A stretch of DNA of 64,000 nt from an uncultured Anaerolineaceae bacterium (lineage in GTDB: Bacteria; Chloroflexota; Anaerolineae; Anaerolineales; UBA4823), in contig CAYMLG010000009.1 of NCBI GenBank assembly GCA_964391195.1, forward strand, positions 4,167-68,166. The letters are read 5' to 3'. How positions within the stretch are numbered: position 1 is the stretch's first letter; each line of letters begins with the position of its first letter. A program made the translations under genes and the position numbers. Positions 35,701-43,578 of this stretch are shown here, piece by piece. Below the pieces are notes generated by a model that was not told the DNA's origin, made no database searches, and worked only from the letters and a program-made list of their open reading frames with translations.

Positions 35701-36382
35701 CCCCGGCCAGCAGGCTCTGCGCAGCCAGGTATATGGCCGTGAGCGAGGAAGAGCAGGCCGTGTCCACCGCCATAGCCGGGCCGTGCAGGCCGAGTAGATA
35801 GCTCACCCGGCCGGGGATGTTGTTGAGCATGTTGCCTGTGATGCGGTAAGCGCCGGTGCGCTCGGGTGCGTTGATGTTGGCCTGCACCTCCAGGTAATCG
35901 GACATCGTCACCCCGATGAACACCCCGGTCTGGCTCTCGGCCAGGCCCTGGGGCGAATACCCGGCGTTCTCCAGCGCCTCCCAGGCTACCTCCAGCAGCA
36001 GGCGCTGCTGCGGGTCCATGCTGCGCGCTTCGCGGGGGGAGATGCCGAAGAACTGCGGGTCGAAATGCCCCACCTGGTCGAGGAACCCTCCGTAGCGGGT
36101 GTACATCTTGTCCGGCGCCTGGCGGTCGGGATCGTAATAGGCATCGATGTCCCAGCGGTCCGGCGGGACTTCACTGATGGCGTCCACGCCCCCGCGGATG
36201 AGCTGCCAGAAGGCATCCGGGCTGTTGGCGCCGCCGGGGTAGCGGCAGCCGATGCCGATAATGGCCACCGGCTCGCGGCTGGCCGCTTCGACCGCCTCCA
36301 GGCGGGAGCGCAGCTTCTGCAGCGCGTCCAGGGCCTGCTTCAAGCGTTGCTGGTAGGTTTGGATCTCGACATCATTGGCCAT
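29756..36382 (-). CDS. Type I PKS, module 2: KS-AT-DH-ER-KR-ACP
   Basis: KS: DTACSSS, HGTGT, NIGH. AT: GHSIGE, HAFH. DH: HPLLG.., HRVGGEAVMP, LLDASLQ. ER: LIHAGAGGVGMAAIQLA. KR: [23 protein letters not shown]: MGLDSL. Its ATG directly abuts the TAA of the upstream gene. Confidence 0.95.
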   Translation of the reverse strand: MANDVEIQTYQQRLKQALDALQKLRSRLEAVEAASREPVAIIGIGCRYPGGANSPDAFWQLIRGGVDAISEVPPDRWDIDAYYDPDRQAPDKMYTRYGGFLDQVGHFDPQFFGISPREARSMDPQQRLLLEVAWEALENAGYSPQGLAESQTGVFIGVTMSDYLEVQANINAPERTGAYRITGNMLNNIPGRVSYLLGLHGPAMAVDTACSSSLTAIYLAAQSLLAGDSTLALAGGVNLLLSPETTLSACRSNMLAPDGRCKTFDARADGFIRSEGCGVVVLKRLSQAIADRDRIYAVIRGAAVNHDGFSSGFTVPSKLAQEAVIRAALKKADVPPELVSYVEAHGTGTPLGDPIEVRALAAVYGPGRPQGSPLHVGSVKTNIGHSESAAGVAGVIKTALALYHGEIPPHLHFQEPNPHIDWKSMPIQVPTQVKKWEPAGGRRIAGVSSFGASGINGHVILESAPAPELSVAEEELPAHIFTLSAKSRPALANLARRYSERLSGQDGYGLGDICYTANLGRSHFSHRLAIAARDIDQLRDSLAAYISGQPVSNVKVSGEDPQEPPKIAFLFSGQGSQYAGMGAQLYETQPVFKQALDECDRLLRPYMDRPLLSVLYPVPGEDSPIDHTTYTQPALFALEYALARLWESWGVTPGAVLGHSIGEFVAACVAGVMSLEDGLKLSAARGRLMGSLPEDGMMAAVSADESQVRAAIAPYAGEVSIAAFNGPKNLVISGRKDSVQAVVESLEKEGVRVKELNVSHAFHSPLMEPAMDEFERVAAGIVFNDPSMEYVSCLTGELVGPGTARRPKHWRDLTRKPVQFTAAVQRLYDLGYEYFIEIGPHTTLLGLASQILPEGSGLRLQSLRRNRGDWDQILESLASVYTAGVEVDWSGFYQGKAFRRVDLPTYPFERQRYWVRPGNKQVAAAAPGPQQHPLLGQRLRTASKDQIFEVYLSLESLPFLTDHRVGGEAVMPATGYIEMASAAGRSLLGGDVDLEEVLFQDPLQLPGEGGRTVQIIAAKEGQDRVKLKVFSLDEAQEQWTLHMQCVARRAELRPGETAAASATQLAEIRARCETHLPEADFYQRLDARGLAFGPGFRGVKACWVGAGEALGQVELPEAAGVEEAFHMHPALLDASLQIIAPLLPQDGQTYLPFSLEKATIFNTEERKLWSHAVLRPNSTLNASAVTADFHIFDDEGRPVAEVSGLAFMRLAEQAPQADWRQDWLYEVAWQPATSPRAENPLPRGKWLVFADEQGVGEALAGRLAGMGSTAVTVRAGDRYQAAGQDRYTLDPARPEDFDRLIAEAGQAGLQGVLYLWALDLPTPEEAPEQGSPQLEAACAGALHLSQALARRSLSLPGGLRLVTRRGFRVDPAAEGETIVPLSAALWGLGKVIAQEHPELGCSCLDLDSSKAEAAASLMAALQAYPHEPQMAVRSGQVHTPRLQRSRLAAGEDVPPAGAYDLVTRQPGRLDSLELVPAPRRSPGPGEVEIAVQATGLGFRDVLMALGMYPGSETTLGSECAGVIAAVGPGAGDLKPGDEVVAVAPGGFASHVIAPAGFVARKPGRLTPAEAATLPSAFLTTQYALLRLGKMKAGDKVLIHAGAGGVGMAAIQLARRCGAEIFATAGSPEKRRLLLEMGVQHVMDSRSLDFADQILEITGGRGVDLVLNSLADEFITKSVQVLADQGCFLEIGKRGIWSPEQFATVKPQASYHVIDLLAEARQDPGLIPSLFQELLPAFEQGELSPLPLTEFPIEGAEAAFRFMSQARHIGKIVLVHRHAHPGAPVQPDATYLVTGGLGGLGRSAAAWLAERGAKHLVLVGRSEPDAAAQAFCEELAVDGAEVRLVQADVSDLGQVERLLGEISETMPPLRGVIHAAGVLDDGVILQQRWERFARVFGPKIDGGWNLHRLTQDLPLDFFVLFSSAVSVLGAAGQSNHVAANTYLDALASYRRAQGLPALSIGWGPWSEVGAAASRDLGERLMARGILSMTPEQGIAVLEELIRSTNTAQPSTPAAVAAVRMDWPTFARQFAGRAIPPFYTEMTGAATAQEDQDGRSGESAPTLPDLRQRLLQAPASKRPGLMLAHVLEQVRKVLDLEPSFPVNSKQPLQEMGLDSLMAVELRNLLGAGLGFDQPLPATLVFDYTTVEALSAYLLERVAADGAPAVGAGTEAASGTEDSVEQVELADIESLSDEEAEAQLLAELKALRNGK

Positions 36383-39300
36383 TTATTGATCCTCGAGTAG
36401 GTCTTCGATGCGGGACAATTCCCCCTCCAGCAGGTCCAGCAGTTCATCGCCGGATACCGGCTCGGCCTGTTCCGGCGAGGCGGCCTGCGCTGGCGGCGGA
36501 GCCTGCTCAAGCTGCGGCGCCCGCTCCGGTTGGGCGGCGGATTGCGTCCCGAGGGCGGCGGGCAGCACCTCCCGGTGGAGGTAGTCGGCCATCAGGGTGA
36601 TGGATGGGTATTCGAAGGCCAGGGTGGGGGGGAGGGGGCAGCCCAGGCCCTCCTCCAGGCGGAGGCGGAGCTGCATGGTCATCATCGAATCCATGCCCAG
36701 CTTGAAGAACCCCTGGCGGACGTCGACCGGCTCGGAGGGGGGAAACCCCAGGATGAGGGCCACCTGCTGGCGCAGGTACTGCACCAGCAGCTCTTTGCGC
36801 TTGCTGTCCGGTACCTCGCTCAACTGCTGGATGAGGGCGCTTTGGCGGGTGGAATCCTCCTCGCCTGCGGGCTGAGCCTGGACCTGGATCTTCTCCAGCA
36901 GGGGGAAGGGGCCGCGCCCCTCGTACAGGGGCTTGAACCTCCCCCAATCGATCGCGGCCACGATCTGCTGAGCCCGGTCGTATGCGGACAGGTCGAAGAT
37001 CGCTTCCACCGCCTCCTCGGCCGGCATCTCTCCCAGCCCGGACTGCTCGAACAGCTTCGCCATCTCGGGGGTCACCATCCCGTCCCCGGCCCACCAGCCC
37101 CAGTTGATGCTCAGGGCGGGCAAGCCATGCCGGAGGCGGTATGCGGCCACAGCGTCCAGGTAATGGTTGGCGGCGCCGTAGTGGGCCAGGCCCTGGGAGC
37201 CCCAGATGGCAGAGCCGGAGGAGAACAGCACGAAGAAGTCGAGCGACAGAGAGCGCGACAGGCGGTCGAGCACGTTCACCCCGGCCACCTTGGCGCGCAG
37301 CGCCTGGCGGACCTGATCCGGCTCGATCTCCATCAGAGGTAAGAACTGGGTCACCCCGGCGGCGTGGAAGATGCCCTTGAGCGGCGGGTGGCTCTCTTCG
37401 AGGGCGGCGAACAGGGCCTGCATCTGCTCGTAATCCCCGCTGTCGGCGCAGGCCACCGTAATCTGCGCCCCGGTGCTCGCTTCGATCTCCCGCACCCGTT
37501 GAATTCGCCGACCATCCGGGCCCTCGGGGGGGAGCGAGTCCCACTGCTCGCGGGGGGGCAGGCCTTTGCGGCTGGTGAGGACGATGTGCTGCGCCCCCCG
37601 GGCAGCCAGCCTGCGGGCCAGGGACAGCCCGATGTTGCCGAGCCCGCCGGTGATCAGGTAGGTAGCGTCGGGGCGGACAGGCTGAACGTGGACGGCGGAG
37701 GGCTGATCGGGCCCGGGCGCCAGGCGGGGCACGTAGCGCCGGCCAGAACGATAGGCCACCTGGGTCTCCCCGTCCGGGGCGAGCACCTCGCCCACCAACT
37801 GCTCCGCCAGCTCGGCGGTTGATCCGCCGGGGGGCAGATCGACCAGCCCGCCCCACAGGTCGGGGAGTTCCAGGGCGACCGAGCGTCCCAGCCCCCACAG
37901 GAGGGATTGCATCAGGGAGGGCGGTAATTCGCCGGAGGTCTCGCCGGCCGGTGCAGTGGTTGCGGGCACGGCCTGCGCCCCACGGGTGACCAGCCACAGC
38001 CTGGGCTGGGAACCCCATCCTGTCCGGGCGAGCGCCTGGGCCAGGGAGAGGGGCCCATACCCCGCGGCCTGCTGGGCTTCGTCCAGCGCTTCCAGTCCGG
38101 AGCCGACCCCGTCGGCCAGGTCCAGGCCCCACAGGTAGAGCAGGCCGGCGTAGCGGGAGTGCATTTCTGGGTCGAGCCCCTCCAGGCGGTGGGAGAACTC
38201 CTCCCGACCAGGCGGGATAGCCTGGTCCGGGTAAATAAGCGAAGTGGAATACCCCTGCGCCTCCAGGCGGGCGGCGGCAGCCTGGCCCACCCCGCTGCGG
38301 TCGGCGAAGATCAGCCAGTGATCGGCCTCCCCTGCCCCGGCCGGCCTGGGCGCACCCTCTCTGGGCTTCTCCTCCCAGGCCAGATGGTAGAGCCAGGCGG
38401 CGGGCGCCTTGCCCGGGATAAACTTGACGCGGCCAAGCTCCTGCCACTTGTCTTCCGCCCGCTCCCGGCCGTGGACCTGCAGGCGGGCGCAGTCCGGGCC
38501 CTCTTCCACCAGGCTTACCTGTAGCTGGGCATCCTTATCCGCCGGAAGTGGGGCAAGCGCCTGCACCTCCAGAACCGTGTGGGCCTTCTCCCCGTAGACG
38601 GCCTCGGCGGCGGCCAGGGCGAACTGGCGGTAGACCGCCTCGGGCCCGCCGTCCGCTAACTGACCACGGAGCTGGGCGTTTAGCCGGTTCTCCCAGATCG
38701 TGTGCCCGGGTAAGTGGGCCAGCTCCGGCAGGCGGCGGCCGAGCAGCGGGTGCTGGCTCTCTCCATCCAGTTGCAGCATGGGGCGGGCGTCGGCCAGCGG
38801 GATCCAGTACCGCTTGCGCTGCCAGGGGTAGCGCGGCAGGCGGACGACGGACCCCTTACCGGGGAAGACCCGGTCGAAGTCCAGGCGGTAACCTGCGGTG
38901 TGCAACTTACCCACGGAGCGCAGCAGGCCGGCGGTCTCCGGTTCCTCCCGCCGTAGGGAGTGCACGGCCAGGGCCTCGGCCTCCAGGGTGTGGATGGTCT
39001 CGTCGATGGCCGAGAGCAGGATGGGATGGGGGCTGAGCTCCACGAAGATCGTGAAGCCGTCCTCGAGAAGCTGCCGGGTCGTGGCGGCGAAGCGCACCGG
39101 CTGGCGCAGGTTGAGGCTCCAGTAGTCCGGGTCGAGCTCAGTCCCGGGCTGCACCCCGGAGCTCACCGTGGAATAGAACGGCAGCTCTCCCGCCTTGGGC
39201 GCCAGCCCTTCCAGCCCGCGCACTAATTCTTCTCGCAGCGGCTCCACCTGCGGGCTGTGGGCCGCCACGTCCACCTTCACCATGCGGCAGAAAACGTCCT

Positions 39301-41497
39301 GGCCCTGCAGCTTCTCCACCACCTGCTCCAGCGCCTGCGGGTCGCCGGATAGGACCGTGGAGCGGAAACTGTTGCTGACGGCGATGGACAGCCGGTCGGA
39401 GAACTCCTGTATGGCGGCCTCGGCCCGATCGGCGGGCAGCCCGACCACTGCCATGGCGCCTTGCCCGCTGATCTGCTGCAGCAGTTGGCTGCGCAGGCAG
39501 ATCACCTGGGCCGCCTCCTCCAGGCTAAGCGCCCCGGCCAGGTAGGCCGCGCCCACCTCGCCCATGCTGTGCCCGGCCACCGCCTGCGGCTCGACCCCCC
39601 ATGCGCGCCACAGCTCGGCCAGGGCGATCTCCACGCCCAAGAGCACCGGCTGGATCACGGCGATCTCGTCCATCCGGCTGCGGGGTGAATCGGGGGGCAG
39701 GGTCAACTGCTCGACCACCGACCAACCGGCGTAGGCCTGCACCGCCTGGTCAAAAGCCAGCAGGGCGAGGCGGAAGGCCGGTTGTGCCTCCAGCAGCTCG
39801 CGCCCCATCCCCACCCACTGTGAACCCTGCCCGGGGAAGATAAAGGCCACCTTGTGCCGGCGCGCTGTGTCGGCCTGGCCGTAGACCACGTCGGGGTGGG
39901 GCACCCCGGATAGATAAGCCTCCAACGCCGCGACCGCTCCCTCCCGGCTTTGAGCACAGACTGCCAGGCGGTGCTCATGGTGGGTGCGGCGGGCGCGCAG
40001 GGTGTAAGCTACATCCCGCAGCGACGGCGCGTTCTCCCGGGTCAGGAACTGGCCATAGTCCCGGGCGAGGGCCTGCAGCGCTTCGGGGCTGCGGGCGGAC
40101 AGAGTGAGCAGATCCCACTCCTGGCGCTGCTCATCGTCTTTGGCGCCCGCCTGGTCTTTAGCGGCCGCTTGCGGCGGGGCCTCTTCCAGGACCACGTGCG
40201 CATTGGTGCCGGCGATGCCGAAGGAACTCACCCCGCCAGTCAACGGGCCGGGGAAGCCCTCCAGCCCGGTCAGTTCCCGGGGGATGTACAGCGGAAGCTC
40301 GTCCCAGGGGAGCTCGGGGTTGGGCCGGTTGAGGTGCAGGCTGGCGGGCAGCTGGCGGTGCTGCAGGGAGAGGGCCACCTTGATCAGCCCGGCGATCCCC
40401 GCCGCGCCCTCGGTGTGGCCGAAATTGGTCTTGACCGAGCCGATGGCGCACTTGCGGCCCGGCGCTCGCCCTTCAGAGAGCACGTTGCCCAGCGCCCGGA
40501 TCTCGACCGGGTCCCCGGCCAGGGTGCCTGTGCCGTGCGCCTCCACGTAGGCGACCTCGCCCGGGTTCACTCCGGCGTCGGCGTAGGCCAGGCGCAGCAG
40601 TTCCTCCTGCCCCTGGACCGCAGGAGTGGCCAGGTAACCGCTGCTGCGCCCGTCGTTGTTGACCGCCGAACCGCGGATCAGGGCGTAAATCGGATCCCCG
40701 TCGGCCAGCGCCTGAGAGAGACGCTTGAGCACCACGATCCCGGCGCCCTCGCTGCGCACATAGCCGTTGGCCTGGGCGTCGCCGAACTTGCAGCGCCCAT
40801 CGGGGGCCATCATCTTCGACTGGGAGTAAGCGATGGTGATGTGCGGCTGGAGGATCACGTTTACACCGCCCGCCAGGGCCAGGTCACATTCCCCGGCGCG
40901 CAGACTCTGGCAGGCCAGGTGCACCGCCACCAGCGAGGAAGAACAGGCTGTGTCCACGCTGATGCTGGGCCCCTGCAGGCCCAGGAAATAAGACAGCCGG
41001 CCGGGTACAGTGTAACGGCCGCTGCCGGTGGTCATATAGAAATCCACCTCCGCCGGGTTGCGGAACAGGCGGGCTTCGAAATCGTTGAGCCACACGCCGA
41101 TGAACACCCCGGCCTGGGTGCCAGCGTAACTGTTTTCGGGCAGCCCGGCGTCCTCCAGCGCTTCCCAGGCCACTTCGAGCAGCAGGCGCTGCTGCGGATC
41201 CATGCGCTCGGCCTCGCGGGGCGAGATGCCGAAGAAAGCCGCGTCGAACGAGTCGATCTGATCCAGGAATCCCCCCCAGCGGGTGGACATCTTCCCCGGG
41301 GTGGCCGGGTTGGGATCGAAGTAAGACTCCAGGTCGATGCGGTCTGGCGGGATCTCCTGGATGGCATCGCCTCCGGCGGCGAGGAACTGCCAGAAGGAAT
41401 CGGGGTCCTTCACGCCGCCCGGGTAGCGACAGCCGATGCCGACGATGGCGATGGGTTCTTTGTGGGGCTGAGAATTAGAAGTTTGTGCGCTCATCAC
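36383..41497 (-). CDS. Type I PKS, module 1 (first): KS-AT-(vestigial DH)-KR-ACP
   Basis: It starts directly with the KS (EPIAIVGIGCRYPGG). KS: DTACSSS, HGTGT, NFGH. AT: GQGSQW, GHSMGE, VAAHS. An HPLLG-initiated half-hotdog stub lacks HxxxGxxxxP. KR: TGGLGNIG, AHYGAAN. ACP: LGMDSM. The track start at 41497 is GTG; an ATG follows at 41494. Confidence 0.95.
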   Translation of the reverse strand: MMSAQTSNSQPHKEPIAIVGIGCRYPGGVKDPDSFWQFLAAGGDAIQEIPPDRIDLESYFDPNPATPGKMSTRWGGFLDQIDSFDAAFFGISPREAERMDPQQRLLLEVAWEALEDAGLPENSYAGTQAGVFIGVWLNDFEARLFRNPAEVDFYMTTGSGRYTVPGRLSYFLGLQGPSISVDTACSSSLVAVHLACQSLRAGECDLALAGGVNVILQPHITIAYSQSKMMAPDGRCKFGDAQANGYVRSEGAGIVVLKRLSQALADGDPIYALIRGSAVNNDGRSSGYLATPAVQGQEELLRLAYADAGVNPGEVAYVEAHGTGTLAGDPVEIRALGNVLSEGRAPGRKCAIGSVKTNFGHTEGAAGIAGLIKVALSLQHRQLPASLHLNRPNPELPWDELPLYIPRELTGLEGFPGPLTGGVSSFGIAGTNAHVVLEEAPPQAAAKDQAGAKDDEQRQEWDLLTLSARSPEALQALARDYGQFLTRENAPSLRDVAYTLRARRTHHEHRLAVCAQSREGAVAALEAYLSGVPHPDVVYGQADTARRHKVAFIFPGQGSQWVGMGRELLEAQPAFRLALLAFDQAVQAYAGWSVVEQLTLPPDSPRSRMDEIAVIQPVLLGVEIALAELWRAWGVEPQAVAGHSMGEVGAAYLAGALSLEEAAQVICLRSQLLQQISGQGAMAVVGLPADRAEAAIQEFSDRLSIAVSNSFRSTVLSGDPQALEQVVEKLQGQDVFCRMVKVDVAAHSPQVEPLREELVRGLEGLAPKAGELPFYSTVSSGVQPGTELDPDYWSLNLRQPVRFAATTRQLLEDGFTIFVELSPHPILLSAIDETIHTLEAEALAVHSLRREEPETAGLLRSVGKLHTAGYRLDFDRVFPGKGSVVRLPRYPWQRKRYWIPLADARPMLQLDGESQHPLLGRRLPELAHLPGHTIWENRLNAQLRGQLADGGPEAVYRQFALAAAEAVYGEKAHTVLEVQALAPLPADKDAQLQVSLVEEGPDCARLQVHGRERAEDKWQELGRVKFIPGKAPAAWLYHLAWEEKPREGAPRPAGAGEADHWLIFADRSGVGQAAAARLEAQGYSTSLIYPDQAIPPGREEFSHRLEGLDPEMHSRYAGLLYLWGLDLADGVGSGLEALDEAQQAAGYGPLSLAQALARTGWGSQPRLWLVTRGAQAVPATTAPAGETSGELPPSLMQSLLWGLGRSVALELPDLWGGLVDLPPGGSTAELAEQLVGEVLAPDGETQVAYRSGRRYVPRLAPGPDQPSAVHVQPVRPDATYLITGGLGNIGLSLARRLAARGAQHIVLTSRKGLPPREQWDSLPPEGPDGRRIQRVREIEASTGAQITVACADSGDYEQMQALFAALEESHPPLKGIFHAAGVTQFLPLMEIEPDQVRQALRAKVAGVNVLDRLSRSLSLDFFVLFSSGSAIWGSQGLAHYGAANHYLDAVAAYRLRHGLPALSINWGWWAGDGMVTPEMAKLFEQSGLGEMPAEEAVEAIFDLSAYDRAQQIVAAIDWGRFKPLYEGRGPFPLLEKIQVQAQPAGEEDSTRQSALIQQLSEVPDSKRKELLVQYLRQQVALILGFPPSEPVDVRQGFFKLGMDSMMTMQLRLRLEEGLGCPLPPTLAFEYPSITLMADYLHREVLPAALGTQSAAQPERAPQLEQAPPPAQAASPEQAEPVSGDELLDLLEGELSRIEDLLEDQ

Positions 41498-41502
41498 CCT
41501 TC

Positions 41503-42312
41503 CTATACCGAGTTAAATGAGATGAGGCCGTCGCCTTGCAGAGCGGAGACGATGGCCTGGATAACGGCTTCTAATTGGCTATGGATAAAAAAGTGGTCGC
41601 CTGGGAACATGCGCAGGGTAAATTGGTCGCAGCACAAATCCCCCCAGGCAGCCAGGTCCGCCTGTGCGACCAGTGGATCTTCCTCGCCCCCGAAGACAGT
41701 CAGTGGAATCGATATCTTTGCCCCCGAATAAGCATACGTCTCCACCAGGGTGAAATCCGCCCGCAGCGTGGGCAGGAACAGGCTCATCAAGTCCTCGTCC
41801 TCCAGGATCACCTGGGGGATGCCGTTGTAGCGGCTCTGGATTTCGGCGATCAAGGCCTGATCTGGCAGCAGATACACCGGCGGATTGGGATCGGGCAAGT
41901 GGGCGGCCCGCCGCCCGGACACAAACAGCCGGGCCGGGGAGGGAGAGCCCTGATCCCGAAGGCGGGTGAGCAGTTCGAACCCCATCAGCGCGCCCAGGCT
42001 GTGGCCGAAAATGGCGAAGGGCCGGTCCAGGTGAGGGGAAATCTCCTTCGCCAGATCGTAGCTTAGGGCCCGCAGGCTGGTGTATGGGGCCTCTTTGATC
42101 CGGGTCTCACGACCGGGCAGGCGGATGGCGCACAGCTCGATCTCGTCGGGGAGGAGCTTCGACCAGGGGAAATAGGCAGCCGACCCGGCGCCCCCGTATG
42201 GCAAACAGAACAACCGCATGCGGGCGCCTGGCCTGGGTTCGGGAAACACCAACCATGGGCTGGATGAGACGGACGTATTGAGAGTAGTCGATCGCAGCAT
42301 CGTCATTTGCAT
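41503..42312 (-). CDS. Type II (stand-alone) thioesterase
   Basis: 269-aa alpha/beta hydrolase with LFCLPYGGAGS, the nucleophile elbow GHSLGA and PGDHFF, the usual discrete PKS/NRPS thioesterase signature. Its stop lies 5 nt before the first PKS gene. Confidence 0.85.
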   Translation of the reverse strand: MQMTMLRSTTLNTSVSSSPWLVFPEPRPGARMRLFCLPYGGAGSAAYFPWSKLLPDEIELCAIRLPGRETRIKEAPYTSLRALSYDLAKEISPHLDRPFAIFGHSLGALMGFELLTRLRDQGSPSPARLFVSGRRAAHLPDPNPPVYLLPDQALIAEIQSRYNGIPQVILEDEDLMSLFLPTLRADFTLVETYAYSGAKISIPLTVFGGEEDPLVAQADLAAWGDLCCDQFTLRMFPGDHFFIHSQLEAVIQAIVSALQGDGLISFNSV

Positions 42313-42506
42313 TCAGGCATGCTCCGCCATTCCGACACCGGCCGTTCCTGGGCGGAGAGATTTAATAGTGCTAATTTATCAAAGAAATCGGATAATTTTT
42401 ATATAGTTCTTCATGAAAATCTTTAGATTTTCTAAGAATTTTCGAGGCATTCAGGACGGTTCCCCCCTGCTGAACTTGCCGGCGAAATTGTGACTTTCCG
42501 GAAAAA
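42313..42506 (-). promoter_or_regulatory. AT-rich spacer upstream of the TEII-PKS operon: probable promoter region with a candidate operator palindrome
   Basis: This is the only AT-rich stretch between 3.8 and 47 kb. On the minus sense it carries a TATATAAAAATTA -10-like element near 42393-42405. There is a perfect 8-2-8 inverted repeat GAAAATCT-TT-AGATTTTC at 42415-42432. A GGAG sits ~10 nt before the TEII ATG. Confidence 0.4.
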
Positions 42507-43562
42507 CTACGGGGCGGGCGCAGCCAGGACGCGGTCGAAGAAGTCCATGATCTGCATGGCGATCTCGTCCTGCGTGGGATCGATCGCTCCGCCCTCCGGG
42601 CTCAAGCCGTGCCCGGCGTTCTTCACCCAGATGATCTCCACCGGAACGCCCGCCGCCTCCAGGGCATCGTACAGCGCCTGGGAATGGGCGGGGGGCACGA
42701 TGCGATCGTCCCGCCCGTGGACGATCAGGAACGGAGGATCATCGGCGCTGACATAGTTCAAGGGGCTCATCCTCTCGAACAGGGGATCCTGCAGGTTGGT
42801 GGTCCCGAACAGGCCGTTGAGGATGTCCTTGCCGCTCTTGCTGAAGTAAGCGGGGATATCGATCGCCCCATACAGATCGACCACCGCCTGGACCCGGCTG
42901 GACTGCTCCGTGTAACCGCCGGCCTCATCGAATCCGGCGCTGGCATCGCTGAGGCCCAACAGAGAAACCAGGTGCCCGCCCGCGCTGCGCCCGATCACAC
43001 CGATGCGGTCCGGGTCAAGGTAGAACTCCCCGGCGTTGGCCCGCAGGAAGCGAATGGCGCATTTGACGTCTTCGATGGGGGCTGGGAACTGGTGGGCCGG
43101 GGCCAGGCGGTAATTGATGGAGACCAGCAGGTAACCTTTGTCGAGCATGGGTTGGCCGAGCCCCAGGCCCTCGCCGCGCGACTTGTCCCCGCCCGTCCAG
43201 CCGCCGCCGTGCACGTAGACGATAACCGGCGCCGGTTGGGTCATCTCATGGGGGAAGGCCACGTCCATTTTCAACTCGACCCCGTCCAAGGTGCAATAGG
43301 TGAGATCTCTCCTGACCTGGCCGCTGTTGGAGTGGACGGGCCCAATCGTCGCGGCGGCCCGCGTCGGCGTTGCTTCCGCTTCTTGCGGGTTGTTATCCAC
43401 CGGGCTGGCGATCGCCCTGGGGGGCGGGGTGGCTGTCTCCGGAGACGGTTGGACCCCGGCGGCCGCGCTGAACTGCCGGAGAGCCCCTGAAAGACGGGTC
43501 AGCCCAAAGGCCGTGACCGCCAGCAGGGCGATCAGGGCGATCGATTTCAGAAACAGTTTCAT
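42507..43562 (-). CDS. Secreted or membrane-anchored alpha/beta hydrolase (HGGG-type esterase/lipase)
   Basis: N-terminal signal/anchor MKLFLKSIALIALLAVTAFG. Oxyanion motif VYVHGGGW, nucleophile GRSAGG, later HGRDDRIVP and NAGHG. Confidence 0.75.
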   Translation of the reverse strand: MKLFLKSIALIALLAVTAFGLTRLSGALRQFSAAAGVQPSPETATPPPRAIASPVDNNPQEAEATPTRAAATIGPVHSNSGQVRRDLTYCTLDGVELKMDVAFPHEMTQPAPVIVYVHGGGWTGGDKSRGEGLGLGQPMLDKGYLLVSINYRLAPAHQFPAPIEDVKCAIRFLRANAGEFYLDPDRIGVIGRSAGGHLVSLLGLSDASAGFDEAGGYTEQSSRVQAVVDLYGAIDIPAYFSKSGKDILNGLFGTTNLQDPLFERMSPLNYVSADDPPFLIVHGRDDRIVPPAHSQALYDALEAAGVPVEIIWVKNAGHGLSPEGGAIDPTQDEIAMQIMDFFDRVLAAPAP

Positions 43563-43578
43563 TATTATCTCGCCTGGG

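Noticed and set aside
36383-41497. First KS as a decarboxylating KSQ-type loading domain
   Set aside because: The active-site Cys is present (DTACSSS) together with both His motifs, so it is a normal condensing KS.
42495-42504. TTTCCGGAAA palindrome just after the esterase stop, considered as a terminator
   Set aside because: It is only 10 nt with no loop and no downstream U-tract on the transcribed strand, which is insufficient for an intrinsic terminator.
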